Positions 29,701 through 39,691 of a stretch of 64,000 nt of DNA are shown piece by piece. The translations under genes were made by a program, and so were the position numbers. Location of the stretch: the NCBI GenBank assembly GCA_031426555.1, contig JANPLN010000057.1:8706-72705 (forward strand), written 5' to 3'. How positions within the stretch are numbered: position 1 is the first letter of the stretch; each line of letters starts with the position of its first letter. The notes under the pieces were generated by a model that worked only from the letters and a program-made list of their open reading frames with translations, had not been told where the DNA came from and made no database searches. Source of the DNA: Bdellovibrionales bacterium. Its GTDB lineage: Bacteria > Bdellovibrionota > Bdellovibrionia > Bdellovibrionales > JAGQZY01.

Positions 29701-31385
29701 GGAGCTCAGCATCCATTGCCATGACAGCTCAAGAAAACTTTACTGGATCTGCTCGTGGCACGGCCATTGATTTCCAAACCACAGCCTTGGGATCCAATGG
29801 ACGGACTACAAAAATGTATCTTACTGGAGATGGATCTTTAGGGCTTGGCACAACCGGTCCCGCCACATTGCTTGACGTGGCTGGGGCGATCACTTCAAGA
29901 CCCAATGGCACAGGCACCGGCCAAACCGGGCAACTGATCCTGCGCGAGCTTGCCGTCGGAGGATCCGAAGCGGCAACTCTGCGTGCACCGGATGCAATAA
30001 CTACAAGCTATGTTCTTACGCTTCCGACATCAGCAGGAAGTTCAGGACAGTTGCTACAGACCGACGGTACGGGAGTTTTAAGCTGGGTTACTGCCGCTGC
30101 GGCAGTGGTAGATGACAGTTTGAGTTTTGATAAGTTTGCAGATTCAATGACATTAGATGTAAGCACGGATATTTCTGCCACTGGTACAAATGTTTTTTCG
30201 ATTACTAATTCTGGGACAGGAGATTCGTTGCGTGTAAACGATGAGGCCGCAGACGCAAGTCCATTTGTTATCACTGCTGCAGGAAATGTGGGTATAGGAA
30301 CAACAACTCCTGCGAACAGGTTGTCAGTGCAAGACGGTGGAATTTCTATTTCAGGTGATATGAGTGTTACGGATCCACAAATAAATATAAACCCAACAGA
30401 TAATCTGACATTTTATACAAATACGGTGGACGAGCGAAAACTGCGCATGTCCATGGCTGCATCTGCAGATACCACCTTCGGATACCAGATTGCATGGTTA
30501 AATAACAACGGAACCCAAAGAAGAGTTGGTGCACTTTACCATAAAGACGGCGATGTTTTTTTTCCTCAGGGAAGTCTTGCTGTCGGAAAGACTTTTCCTA
30601 CTTCACGCTTGGATGTCGCTGGAGCCATAACTTCACGTCCAAACGGAACGGGCACAGGACAAACAGGCCAAATCCTCATGCTCGAACTATTAGCTAACGG
30701 AGCACATAGCGCGACAATTCGTGCGCCCGATTCAATTTCTGCAAACTACACATTAACGTTGCCAGGGGATGATGGCACTAACGGCCAAGTGCTACAAACA
30801 AATGGCAGTGGAGTGCTCAGCTGGGTCAGTTCGGTCGCTCCCGCCGCCGACTCCCTCGATTTTACACACTTCTCCGATACTATGAGCTTGGATGACTCAA
30901 CCGATATTGCCGCAAGCGGTACAAATGTACTTTCCCTCACTAATACCGGCACAGGAAATTCTTTCGTAGTTAACGATGTGGCGAGTGATGCGACTCCCTT
31001 TGTAATTGATCAGAACGGAAATGTGGGCATTGGAACAACTGCTCCGCGAGCGTCACTTGATGTGAACGGAGCAATAACCTCTAAGGCCTCGCTCAGTGTG
31101 GCCTCAACAACTGTCAATTATCTCAGTAACAACCTTGCTCACACCACCCAAAACTGCCAGGCCTATGCTCTGTGGAATTTAAAAGACGGTGCGAATTACA
31201 CGTTTGCGGTGCAGGGCACCTCCTCGTCGACGTGCTCTTTCACCGCCTTTTCGGACGCCGGCGTGACGCCGCTTGCGGTTCGGCTCCCACCGGGACATTC
31301 AGCTACGTACGGTACGTTTCAGACACTTTATTCGTTCGTGGTTCTGGGCACCACAGTCTTTGTCGCCTGGGTAACGGGATACTGA
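26706..31385 (+). CDS. Giant phage-tail-fibre-like adhesin 3 (MAT-like, 1559 aa)
   Basis: Shared N-domain and modules. C-terminal domain similar to fibre 2 (CQAY.L.NLKDGANYTFAV..CSFTAFSDAG). Confidence 0.85.
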   Translation: MMLRFYFSFLKSLLCFFGLCLFLPILATAQTEPPQFMTVDGRLYDSTTPEDPLLDNSVLMKIQILNPAKTCILYEEEQTVSTLSSNGYFNVRVGSPTAGAESLKRTTATIDVGNSMMEVFQNQNASIPGKTAGGAGCGYIPAAGDTRYFRFVVTPSTTAVTSTLSPDMQIDSVPQSLVAETLQGMTPSNFVQTNTDVTQAKVNTLFGASYAGLTGLLAGSSSLYLQNTTNGTVIPNRATNPASPTAGQIWYDSDDFVLRYYDGTSVLTLGTSGGDPTKLPLAGGTMSGAIDMATNDITDIGHMTQAAQRTFRFGVYTTAQQATLVATPLVAGHEGTVWYNTTTNKLMFWDGTAESAVSPVDSVFGRTGAVVAAASDYDAVQIDNTPAGAVAAVTAQAAIDELDSEKVAKAGDTMTGQLNMGPRGVAAGDGGAIAFTELAAGGTNTATVRAPDALGANYVLTLPANDGDSGQYLQTDGNGILAWVTPAGVGETNTASNQGVGGVGVYDAKSGVDLQFRNINAASNKVSVALDAANKEVDINVNEANLDLASIPNTPAGTIAATNAQAAINELDSEKVATARAINTAANSGLAGGGDLSADRSLSVNITGTTAETAVAGTDEILIYDASATALRKMARTNFVLSETEVDAMVSNNGYLSAEVDTLATVTGRGATTATSITLNTQAQARFADSAGGEYAAIQAPATIGANYVLTLPDSAGANGQVLSTNGSGVLSWIAIPSAPVTTVFGRTGAVLAVAGDYTAAQVTNVAGGSVAAVTVQAAIDELDAEKVAKTGDSVSGAITFATQNQARFADSAGGEYAAIQAPTTIGANYVLTLPDTAGSASQVLTTNGAGVLSWTTPSTVPAANSLDFTHFVDAMTLDASTDIAVTGTRVFSITNSGTGNSFLVNDVASDTSPFVIDQSGSVGIGTTAPEFSVHNVTPIADSTPSYVVDAQGNTASTGPAFIGRRARDSAGTPSALQTGDVIAVFGARGYIGGSWATGSSASIAMTAQENFTGSARGTAIDFQTTALGSNGRTTKMYLTGDGSLGLGTTGPATLLDVAGAITSRPNGTGTGQTGQLILRELAVGGSEAATLRAPDAITTSYVLTLPTSAGSSGQLLQTDGTGVLSWVTAAAAVVDDSLSFDKFADSMTLDVSTDISATGTNVFSITNSGTGDSLRVNDEAADASPFVITAAGNVGIGTTTPANRLSVQDGGISISGDMSVTDPQININPTDNLTFYTNTVDERKLRMSMAASADTTFGYQIAWLNNNGTQRRVGALYHKDGDVFFPQGSLAVGKTFPTSRLDVAGAITSRPNGTGTGQTGQILMLELLANGAHSATIRAPDSISANYTLTLPGDDGTNGQVLQTNGSGVLSWVSSVAPAADSLDFTHFSDTMSLDDSTDIAASGTNVLSLTNTGTGNSFVVNDVASDATPFVIDQNGNVGIGTTAPRASLDVNGAITSKASLSVASTTVNYLSNNLAHTTQNCQAYALWNLKDGANYTFAVQGTSSSTCSFTAFSDAGVTPLAVRLPPGHSATYGTFQTLYSFVVLGTTVFVAWVTGY

Positions 31386-31386
31386 T

Positions 31387-34068
31387 ATGAAGCGGAGAAT
31401 CGTTTTTTTTTATCTCCTGATATTTTCATACATTGCCCCAATTCAATCCTCAAACGCTCAAATGACGTTTTTTTCATCCTGGCAAGCGCGGGATCTCCGC
31501 CTCACTTTTACAACAACCGCACAAACGGTTTTTAACAAAAACTGCTCGGCCAGTGTGAGTGTGCGCACGGGAATTGGAACAAGCTTTCCGATAAACGTTG
31601 AAGCTCCTCTCTTTGTCAATTTGAGTAGTAGTAGTGGCACGATGGAATTTTTCTCCGACGAGTCCTGTACGACCTCGGTGGCAGCAGTTACTATTTCTAC
31701 AGGGAGTAACACGTCTTCATTTTATTTTCGAGACTCCGCCGTTACGGGTGCGACAACTTTAACTGCGAGCGCGGCCGGCTACCTCGATGCGACTCAGGCA
31801 GCGACGCTGACCTCTAATCCTTTCTTGTGGACTGGTGCAACAAGCTCCGTCTGGTCCCTCGGTGCAAATTGGTCTGGCCTCACCGCACCCTCATCGGGCA
31901 ACATTGCCGTGTTTGACGGCGGTTGCGTTAACTGCAATACCACATTTACAGCCCATGTGAATGTGCGAGGTTTAAGATTAGATTCGGGTTACTCGGGAAC
32001 GATTCAACAGGATACGACCTATAATTTTACTATCGGCGCTTCGGGGTATGTTCAGGTTGCCGGCACTTTTGCTGGTTCAACCGCCGCCAGCCGTACATTC
32101 AGCGTGTTCGATGGTAGGTCCACCATCGCTGGCGGTAGCTTTACGACTCCCGCCGGAACACTCACCGTCACAAATGGGTGGCGAATATTAGGTAGCCCCA
32201 CCTTCTTAGCACGAGCTGGTTCCACTTTAAATCTAGAGTGTATGTCCACAGGCTATGACTGTAACGGAGGGGGGGTAGACTACGTTTCCGGCACTGTCGT
32301 TTATGAAAATGTGGCGATCAAAGGGCTTAGTTTTATAAACCTCAAATCGAGTGTGTGGACCGTTGACGGCGATCTCACTATAGGGGACCCGAACGGAAGC
32401 AACCGGCCTGTTTACAACGGAAGGTTCAATGTGAAGGGCGATGTCATCGCCTCGGGTCAGGGTAACCGCGGTGATGCGATTATTAATTTGGTTGGGTCCC
32501 CGGCGGGCCAAACGATCATCGGTGGCAACATCGGTTTGCCGTTTATAGAGATCAATGCTGGCATCCATCCAGTCACTTTATCCGGAATCGTAAAAGCGAG
32601 TTCCTACGCCTTTTATAGTGCCGGCGTTTTCACCACGGCAGGGTCTACCTTAGTCATTGGGTGTTTAGAGAGTAATTCCTCCAATTGCACCGAGGTCAAA
32701 AATATCGTTCCCGGGACCGTCACATATAATAACGTCACCTTTCAAACCTATCGCGATTTCTTTGAACTCGGTGGAGGCATTTTCAATATCGATGGCAATT
32801 TGTTGATTTCGACCACTGGCGGTGCAAATTATGGACGGATCAACACTGGGACATTAAAGGTTAAGGGGAATGTTAGTAATGCGGGGACGGGCGGGGATGG
32901 CAGTGCCGTGATCGAGTTGATTGGCAATCCTCTCGGTCAAACCCTTAGTGGAATCGTTGGAGCCATTTACCCGTACATCGAAATCGCGACAGGGGGGAAT
33001 GATGTCACACTCTCTGGATTCATTCGGGTTCAAGGATGGACGGTCACTTCGATCGATGAACTCACAGCGACCGGTTCGACACTCAACATCACATGCCTCA
33101 GCACCAATGTCTCCTGCTATTCAAGTGCCGTGCCTCTTGTGCCTGGAACGGTTAACTACAATAACGTAACAATCTCAGGGCTGCGAACAGGCTACAACCT
33201 GGGTGGCGGCACCTTCAATGTAACAGGCGATTTTACATTTGGCGGGCAGGATTCCCAAGCGGCGAGTAACTATCTTGCCAACGGAACAATCAATGTGACT
33301 GGTCAGCAAATTATTCAAAATAACTTTGGCATGCGTGGCTCCGCGGTCATTAAGGTCGCAGGTCATGCATCCGGGCAGACCATTACAGGAAACAGCCAGA
33401 TGTTTCCCATCATCGAGATCGATGCCGGGTTAAATAACGTGACTTTATCTGGCGGTATTTACGCTATCGGCTGGCGCATGACGACTGTTGGCACGTTCAC
33501 GACTACAGGCTCCACATTACAATTTCGCTGTCCTACAAGTGTTGCTGGAGAGTGTTTTCAGACAACCGTCAACCTGATTCCCGGCACTGTCACCTACAAC
33601 AATGTCGATTTTGTAGGGTCTCGAACTAATTATGATTTGGGCGGAACCTGGAACGTGAGTGGCAATTTATCATTTGGCGACGCAAGTCAAAACACCCGCA
33701 CATTAAGTAACGGGATCTTGCGCGCAACGGGAGATGTGACGATCTCGAACAATGGTCATATTGGTAACGCGCAACTGCAGTTTGTGGGCGGTGGTAGCGT
33801 GAATGTGTCGATTGCAGGCGGTGCGGTGCGACCCACAGGATTAATAACCGTCGCCAAAACGGGTGGTGGATCGGTAACCCAAACAAGCAGCGTTTCCTGG
33901 AGCTCCACCGGTCAAGACATGACCATCACCTCCGGAAGTTGGATCCAGAATACCTTTTCGTTAACGGTAAATGATGTATTGACCATTGGTGCAGGGACTA
34001 CATTAAATCGAAGTGGCGCTACACTAATTTACGGCTCTCTTTCAAACAGCGGAACATTGATCCCGTGA
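31387..34068 (+). CDS. Secreted Ig-like plus repeated beta-helix protein, putative fibre-3 partner
   Basis: Starts 1 nt after the fibre-3 stop. Signal peptide, WTG...W....NWSG, about 3.5 copies of a ~145-aa repeat (GTVTYNNV..GQTI.G..P.IEI..G..VTLSG..GSTL..C..C). Confidence 0.7.
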   Translation: MKRRIVFFYLLIFSYIAPIQSSNAQMTFFSSWQARDLRLTFTTTAQTVFNKNCSASVSVRTGIGTSFPINVEAPLFVNLSSSSGTMEFFSDESCTTSVAAVTISTGSNTSSFYFRDSAVTGATTLTASAAGYLDATQAATLTSNPFLWTGATSSVWSLGANWSGLTAPSSGNIAVFDGGCVNCNTTFTAHVNVRGLRLDSGYSGTIQQDTTYNFTIGASGYVQVAGTFAGSTAASRTFSVFDGRSTIAGGSFTTPAGTLTVTNGWRILGSPTFLARAGSTLNLECMSTGYDCNGGGVDYVSGTVVYENVAIKGLSFINLKSSVWTVDGDLTIGDPNGSNRPVYNGRFNVKGDVIASGQGNRGDAIINLVGSPAGQTIIGGNIGLPFIEINAGIHPVTLSGIVKASSYAFYSAGVFTTAGSTLVIGCLESNSSNCTEVKNIVPGTVTYNNVTFQTYRDFFELGGGIFNIDGNLLISTTGGANYGRINTGTLKVKGNVSNAGTGGDGSAVIELIGNPLGQTLSGIVGAIYPYIEIATGGNDVTLSGFIRVQGWTVTSIDELTATGSTLNITCLSTNVSCYSSAVPLVPGTVNYNNVTISGLRTGYNLGGGTFNVTGDFTFGGQDSQAASNYLANGTINVTGQQIIQNNFGMRGSAVIKVAGHASGQTITGNSQMFPIIEIDAGLNNVTLSGGIYAIGWRMTTVGTFTTTGSTLQFRCPTSVAGECFQTTVNLIPGTVTYNNVDFVGSRTNYDLGGTWNVSGNLSFGDASQNTRTLSNGILRATGDVTISNNGHIGNAQLQFVGGGSVNVSIAGGAVRPTGLITVAKTGGGSVTQTSSVSWSSTGQDMTITSGSWIQNTFSLTVNDVLTIGAGTTLNRSGATLIYGSLSNSGTLIP

Positions 34069-34281
34069 TCAGTCGAGCTAGGCTCAATTTCTTGCTTGGC
34101 GTTAAGGGTTTCGCACCAATATGGCTGCAAAAATCTGGTCAAAAAAATTTGAATCGACCTAATTTGATACAACAATAGTCGGTTTTTGCGAGTCGTCTCG
34201 GCCTGAGACGACAAAAGTCGAGTCCTCTCGCCCTACCAAGATTTAGTTAATGAACTTGGGTATTCACGCCGAAAAAGACTA

Positions 34282-35391
34282 GTGGTGCGTATAAGTTCAA
34301 TTATTTTCACAGCCGTTTTTTCAGTTATTTTCGTCGTGTCGGCGTTCGCCGTAGAAGACGTGCCGCAAAGTTTTACTTTGGACGGTCGCCTTTACAATTC
34401 CGCAACGCCCACTAGTCCGCTTTTAGATTCTGGAACTTTTCGCATTCAGATTTTAAATCCTGATCAAACCTGTATTTTGTATGAAGAGTCGCAAACGTTT
34501 AATACCATTACCTCCGATGGGTATTTTAATTTACGCATTGGTGGAATTACCGGAGCAGTGAAGCGCGACACCGCTGACAGAAATAATTCTTTGGCTACAG
34601 TTTTCTCGAACACTTCGGCTGTCGCGATCCCGGGCAAGCTAGCTTCGGATCTGGTCACAAATTGCTCGTACACCGGCGCCTCTGGTCACGTTCGTCGCGT
34701 GCGAGTGATTGTGACGGGGAGTGATCTCGTAGCGCGGGCCCTGTCGCCCGACATGATTTTAGATTCCGTACCGAATGCCGTGGATGCTGAAACTGCAGAG
34801 AGTTTACAAGGTTTAACGCGCAACCAAGTTCTCGTACTTGGAGCAGGTTCTCTTTCGCAAGCAAACGTGGAGAATATTTTCTCTGCAATCAACTATCCAA
34901 TTCTTACGGGCCTTTTGGGCGGCACGAGTCCAAACCACGTACAGACGGATGCCAACGGTGCAAGTCTCCCTGACTTTGCATGGAATCCTGTAGCTCCCGT
35001 CGCTGGTCAAATTTGGTACGACACGGCTACGAACACGATCAAATACAAAGACAACACCGTCGTGATTAAGACCGTCGGAGTAAGCGGAGGTGCTGTAACA
35101 TCGATCACCGCAGGTGCGGGCCTTACCGGTGGCACGATAACTTCGACGGGCACTATCGCTCTTGATACGGTTGGCACTGCTGGAACTTTTACAAAAGTCA
35201 CAACCGATGCCTACGGTAGATTATCGAGCGGGACATCACTCGTTGAAGCCGATATTCCAATTTTGTCGACAGCCGGTAAAGTTTCAGGCAGTGCGATCAA
35301 CACCGGCACGATCGCTGGGAACACGGTGATCAGCACCACGGGCGCCATCGGTACTTCGAGCTCCGTAAGCGCTCGCACTTTCGATGCTTAA
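34282..35391 (+). pseudogene. Truncated fourth fibre gene (N-domain plus start of shaft, 369 aa)
   Basis: Homologous N-domain (PQSFTLDGRLY..CILYEESQ..LSPDM.LDSVP) and VTTDAYGR fibre motif. Ends abruptly with no C-terminal domain, followed by AT-rich DNA. Confidence 0.6.
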
Positions 35392-35923
35392 AAAGTATAG
35401 AATTGCTACTGAGTGTAGGTTCCGATTCTAATAGATTTACATCTGACAGTCGAAGGTCTCTCTAACGAAACTAACAACAAGTCTTTGATGAGTTTCGAAA
35501 AAAGATTGCAGGAACTTGCCGAAGTTCATACTATATTTTCGAAAATTAAAAATTAGGTAGGTAGTCGGTGAAGGGTAGGCGTTTAGAAATTTGATGACTC
35601 TCTGTCATTGCTTAGACCCGCTAGAACCAATCGAGCCGAAGAGATATGTTTAGTATTAAACTGATTGTAGACGATTTCAGTTTACTCCTGCTGCGCCTGC
35701 TTTGCAAAATTATCAGATAAAATGCAAGTATTTCGAATGCTTAGGGTGATGTAAGAATTTGAATAGTGAGCCTAATAAAATATCGTCGAAATGTCTATTG
35801 AGGATACATATTTTAGACCCCCTCTTTCTTTTTTTTAAAATATAGCTTATAACCAGTTTTCTACCGCAACTTCAAAGCGCAAAAAAAAAGAAAATGTTTA
35901 ACAAATTTAACTCAGGAGAAAGT

Positions 35924-36256
35924 ATGAAGATTCTGATTTTAACGGCAATTACAGTTTTAAGCTCAATGGCCTTTGCAACCGATTTATGTTTTGATAACGT
36001 TTCGGACCAAGTGAAGTTCGAAATTGGGAAAATGAGCGGAGCAAAGGATGTCGAGCTTAAAGATGTTGAATTAGTTTTTAAGGCTGGAAATGTGGCTATT
36101 TATAAAGTTTCGACAAATCTTATGAGTATTACCGATGCCGCCTTTACGGGTGACTGGTTAGTGAGTGTACAGCTTCCATCAAAGACCGAAATGAGTGTTA
36201 TGGAATGCACCCTTACGGCCATCGAAGTTGAGCAGGTTTCTAACCTTACAAAATAA
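35924..36256 (+). CDS. Small secreted hypothetical protein
   Basis: AGGAG RBS, signal peptide MKILILTAITVLSSMAFA, two Cys. Confidence 0.65.
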   Translation: MKILILTAITVLSSMAFATDLCFDNVSDQVKFEIGKMSGAKDVELKDVELVFKAGNVAIYKVSTNLMSITDAAFTGDWLVSVQLPSKTEMSVMECTLTAIEVEQVSNLTK

Positions 36257-36407
36257 ACTCTTGATCGCAGACAGGAGTCGCGATTCGTCAGGCTTTTTTA
36301 CGTCTCAGTTTACGTTCTAAACTGAGACACTCGAGACGAAAGGGGTTTTTGGATTTAATCTAGATCCCTTGTGTGATATCCTTGAATCGGTTCTCGGGGG
36401 TGAGTGT

Positions 36408-37724
36408 ATGTTCAGAATTTTTGTTCTGTTTATTTGTATAAGTTTATTAGTTGTAGGATTTCAAAATTGTGGAAATGACTTTAAATCCTCAGTTCTAAGC
36501 AATAACCAATCACCAAGCGATTCCCCCGATTGTCTCGAAATCCAGTGTTCTGCTGGACAGGAAGTTGCATGTGATGTGGCAAACGGTTCCGGGGTAAAAG
36601 TGTGGACTGGTTCCGACTACGGCATGTGTGCCGTTAAGAGCTGCCTTTCTGGTTACCAAATATTACAAACCTACTGTGTTCCTGTTCCGCCTGCGCAACC
36701 CTTCGTACCAAAACCAGAAAGCTTGAGAGCCTCCGCTCAAAAGTATAATCTTTTTATGGGAACGGCGATCCATCCCCATTTGTTAACTTTAGAGCCAATG
36801 TACGCACAAACCGTTGCCGAGAATTACAATCTTATCGTGGCGACAAACGTGATGAAGTGGCAGCCGCTTCGCCCTGCCGAGAATACTTATGATTTCAAAA
36901 TAGCCGATGAGTTGGTTGAGTTTGCAATACGCTATCATCAAAAAGTGCACGGCCATACGTTGGTGTGGCATAATCAAAACCCACCGTGGCTCGTCAACGG
37001 CAGCTTTTCTGCCACCGAAAAACAAATGCTTTTAAAAAATCACATTCAAACGGTGATGAAACATTTTAAAGAAAAGTATCCTGAAACAATAATATCGTGG
37101 GACGTTGTGAATGAAGCATTTCTCAATAGCAACGCCGAAGTTTCAGCAAGTTCGGACGGTGGATACCGTAAAACAATTTGGTCTGATATATACGCCTCGC
37201 CCGAGGAGTACATTCGACAATCGTTTTTATGGGCTCGCGAGGCAGACCCTGCGGCACTTTTATATTACAATGATTTCAGCAACGAAGACTTGGGTGCGAA
37301 ATCCACGGCAATTTATTTGATGGTGCAAAAACTAAAGTCGCAGGGAACACCCATCGACGTGGTAGGCATGCAAGTGCATTTGAGCACAGATTACGGAGTT
37401 CCTACAGTGGCCACCCTTCGGCAAAACATAGCACGATTAAAAGCCATCGGTGTGAAGGTGCACTTTACAGAACTTGATGCGCGAACCAACAGCGCTGACG
37501 GGATTAGCGCCATAGAATCGCAAAAGCAGACTCAAATTTACGCCAATATTGTCGATGCCTGCCGGTTGGAGGCGGGCACATGTCTCGGTGTGACAACCTG
37601 GGGATTCACCGAAAAACACTCTTGGATTCCACAATTTTTCCCTGGCTATTCGGCATCACTACCGTTTGATCTGAACTACAAGCCCACTGCCAACTTCGAG
37701 ACTATTAAAAGTCGGCTGCCATAA
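36408..37724 (+). CDS. GH10 endo-beta-1,4-xylanase-family lipoprotein
   Basis: FQNC lipobox, Cys-rich linker, NVMKW, HGHTLVWH, WDVVNEA (acid/base), YNDF, FTELD (nucleophile), TTWG. Confidence 0.9.
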   Translation: MFRIFVLFICISLLVVGFQNCGNDFKSSVLSNNQSPSDSPDCLEIQCSAGQEVACDVANGSGVKVWTGSDYGMCAVKSCLSGYQILQTYCVPVPPAQPFVPKPESLRASAQKYNLFMGTAIHPHLLTLEPMYAQTVAENYNLIVATNVMKWQPLRPAENTYDFKIADELVEFAIRYHQKVHGHTLVWHNQNPPWLVNGSFSATEKQMLLKNHIQTVMKHFKEKYPETIISWDVVNEAFLNSNAEVSASSDGGYRKTIWSDIYASPEEYIRQSFLWAREADPAALLYYNDFSNEDLGAKSTAIYLMVQKLKSQGTPIDVVGMQVHLSTDYGVPTVATLRQNIARLKAIGVKVHFTELDARTNSADGISAIESQKQTQIYANIVDACRLEAGTCLGVTTWGFTEKHSWIPQFFPGYSASLPFDLNYKPTANFETIKSRLP

Positions 37725-38062
37725 TATCGCCGTAGAATTATTCTTTCCTGGCTCAAGCGGATCCGCTAAGTTTCTAAAGTACGCTTCTAGGTTCATTGAT
37801 GCACGGCTGGTCAGAATTGCGACCGCCAAACTACTCATTCTTTGGCTTCAATAGTGCAAATGCCGGGAGCTGGTTGTCTGAAAGCGCGGGTATTGGCTTG
37901 CGTGCGGATGCAATCATTGGACTCCAGCTTTGCGCCCGCAGTCCGAAGTAACAAAAAAAGGAGATCCTCTAATTCGGAAATCGGTAAGTCCTGTTAGCTA
38001 GGTGAACCTTTTATTCACCCTAAGAACTCCAATTTCTCTATCGGAAAAAAAAATTCTAAAAT

Positions 38063-38091
38063 GCGAAGGGCAGAAATGATTCTGCCTTCGC
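38063..38091 (-). terminator. Probable intrinsic terminator
   Basis: GCGAAG(G)GCAGAA-atga-TTCTGCCTTCGC hairpin with a T-rich tail on the minus strand, just after the stop at 38100. Confidence 0.5.
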
Positions 38092-38099
38092 GGTTTGTC

Positions 38100-38525
38100 T
38101 TAGTTGAGAGCCAATCTTAAGTTGTGCGGATTGACTTTGCAGTTGCCCTGCATCGATTGACCTTTAACTTCGATCTGTCCGACGACAGAGCCATGGCTCG
38201 CTAACACATCGATCGCATTGATCGTAATCTTAAAATCGCGATTTGCAGATTCAGCCACGATTGAGGCACCTTGAACTACTAACTGAGAAGATTCATTCAA
38301 ACTCGTAATCACTTTGATTGGCTCAAAGGAAACATCAAAATCGTTGACGTGATTAGAGAAACCCATTTTTAGTCCGCTATCTGTAAGGATCAAGGCCGCA
38401 GTGCCTTCGCCTTCCTTAAGGGGTCCAAGTTCAAAGCAGCTGAGGACTGTTGTATCAATAACACCTACTCCTGATCCGCCTCCAGCGTGCGCTCCTTTTG
38501 TTTTTACAAACTGATCATCAGCTTG
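38100..38525 (-). pseudogene. Frameshifted remnant of a secreted hypothetical protein
   Basis: 97-aa ORF with no good start. An upstream shifted frame reads ADDQFVKTKGAHAGGGSGVGVIDTTVLSCFELGP. Confidence 0.4.
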
Positions 38526-38751
38526 CTTGAGTTAGTATTATTAATAAGAAAGTGTTTTATCAACGTGCCAATTATCGCGTTTTTGATCTGATTTGATTTG
38601 ATTCGAAAAAACATCTGTTCTTAACCTAGTGCCGAAGAGTCTAAGTTCTGAGCACTGATTATATTAACCCCTAAAAACTGTTTTAAAATGAGAATTTAAA
38701 AGGCTCAAATCAAAAACAATCCCTAATAACAAAAACCTTCTGGATCAAGAT

Positions 38752-38778
38752 CAAAGTTATTAATTACAAAACCGATGG
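38752..38778 (+). promoter_or_regulatory. sigma28-like promoter
   Basis: CAAAG-N14-ACCGATGG, 6 nt before ATG at 38785. Confidence 0.65.
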
Positions 38779-38784
38779 ACAAAT

Positions 38785-39648
38785 ATGAGTGTAAAGACGA
38801 AAGTTATTATTCTTAGCATGGCAACAGCGAGTTTAATTTTTTATCAAAATTGCTCGCAAAATTTTGAATCATCCACAGTAAAGTCCGCACAAGCATACTG
38901 CTTACTCGGGTTTAGGTCGCGATGCAGAAGATGGCTGGTTTTTTACAAGCTTTTGAGCGGAGGTCTTGTTTCTAGTGACCAAGGCATGACGTGGCAAAAA
39001 CTTTCTCCATCACCGAGTGCAGGTTTTCATCATCCAATGGTAGAGCGCCTTTCCGAAAATCGTTTGGCTATGATAGGTCTAAGTACAGGAACAAATATTT
39101 TGGGAATCAGTCTTGACGGCGGGTTGAGTTGGAGTACGCCACCCACACTCCAAGTGCCTTGGCTCAAAGCTATCAAAGAGGGTAACGGAAGAATGGTGGC
39201 TCTAGGATATCTTGCACCTACCAGTGGAACACCGGTATCGTACTCTGCAGTTTCTTTGGATCAAGGAAAAACATGGACAATTCAACAGCATAGCGAGTTT
39301 AGTGCAAACTGGGCTAACCTATTATTCACTGGAACCCAGTTCATCGCTTGGAGTTCGGGTAAGCGTTGGCACAGTAACGATGGAGTGACCTGGGCAAGCT
39401 CTAACGTAATGATCGGAACCACTCCCTCCGCATTTGGAGGACCCACTGCATACAATCCAACCACAAAAACATTTGCGCGCATTCTTGGTGGCTGGGGAAA
39501 TAATTACGCCAGGCAAAAAGCTTATCGCTCTCTAGATGGTATTATTTGGCATGAACTATCAAGCACTGCCTTTAAGGGGGGACACCCCATACGAAAAATG
39601 ATAAATGCACAAATGGATACAGCTTACTGCCCAGTAACCGGTTTATAA
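38785..39648 (+). pseudogene. Internally deleted paralog of BNR lipoprotein 4667..5896
   Basis: YQNC N-terminus and C-terminal ~230 aa align with 4667..5896 (ARILGGWGNNYARQKAYRS identical). The middle is missing and 38894-38953 is homologous only in the +1 frame. Confidence 0.7.
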
Positions 39649-39691
39649 AGAATGTTAGCCAATCAAGATGCGAGTTGGGAAGGTCAGACTA

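Noticed and set aside
6476..30952. Many 60-280-aa minus-strand ORFs inside the fibre genes, some repeated
   Set aside because: Antisense shadows of repetitive Ala/Gly/Thr/Asn-rich coding sequence; they recur because the sense modules recur.
17873..31385. Diversity-generating retroelement or CRISPR-like array behind the repeats
   Set aside because: No reverse transcriptase or cas genes. The repeats are in-frame coding modules differing mostly at synonymous sites, not adenine-specific, with no repeat-spacer periodicity.
6059..35391. Prophage tail region
   Set aside because: The fibres have Sec signal peptides and host-type promoters, and there are no capsid, terminase, baseplate, integrase or lysis genes.
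35430..35560. Short frame LHLTVEGLSNETNNKSLMSFEKRLQELAEV, possibly a gene remnant
   Set aside because: No start or RBS, and too short to assign without a search.
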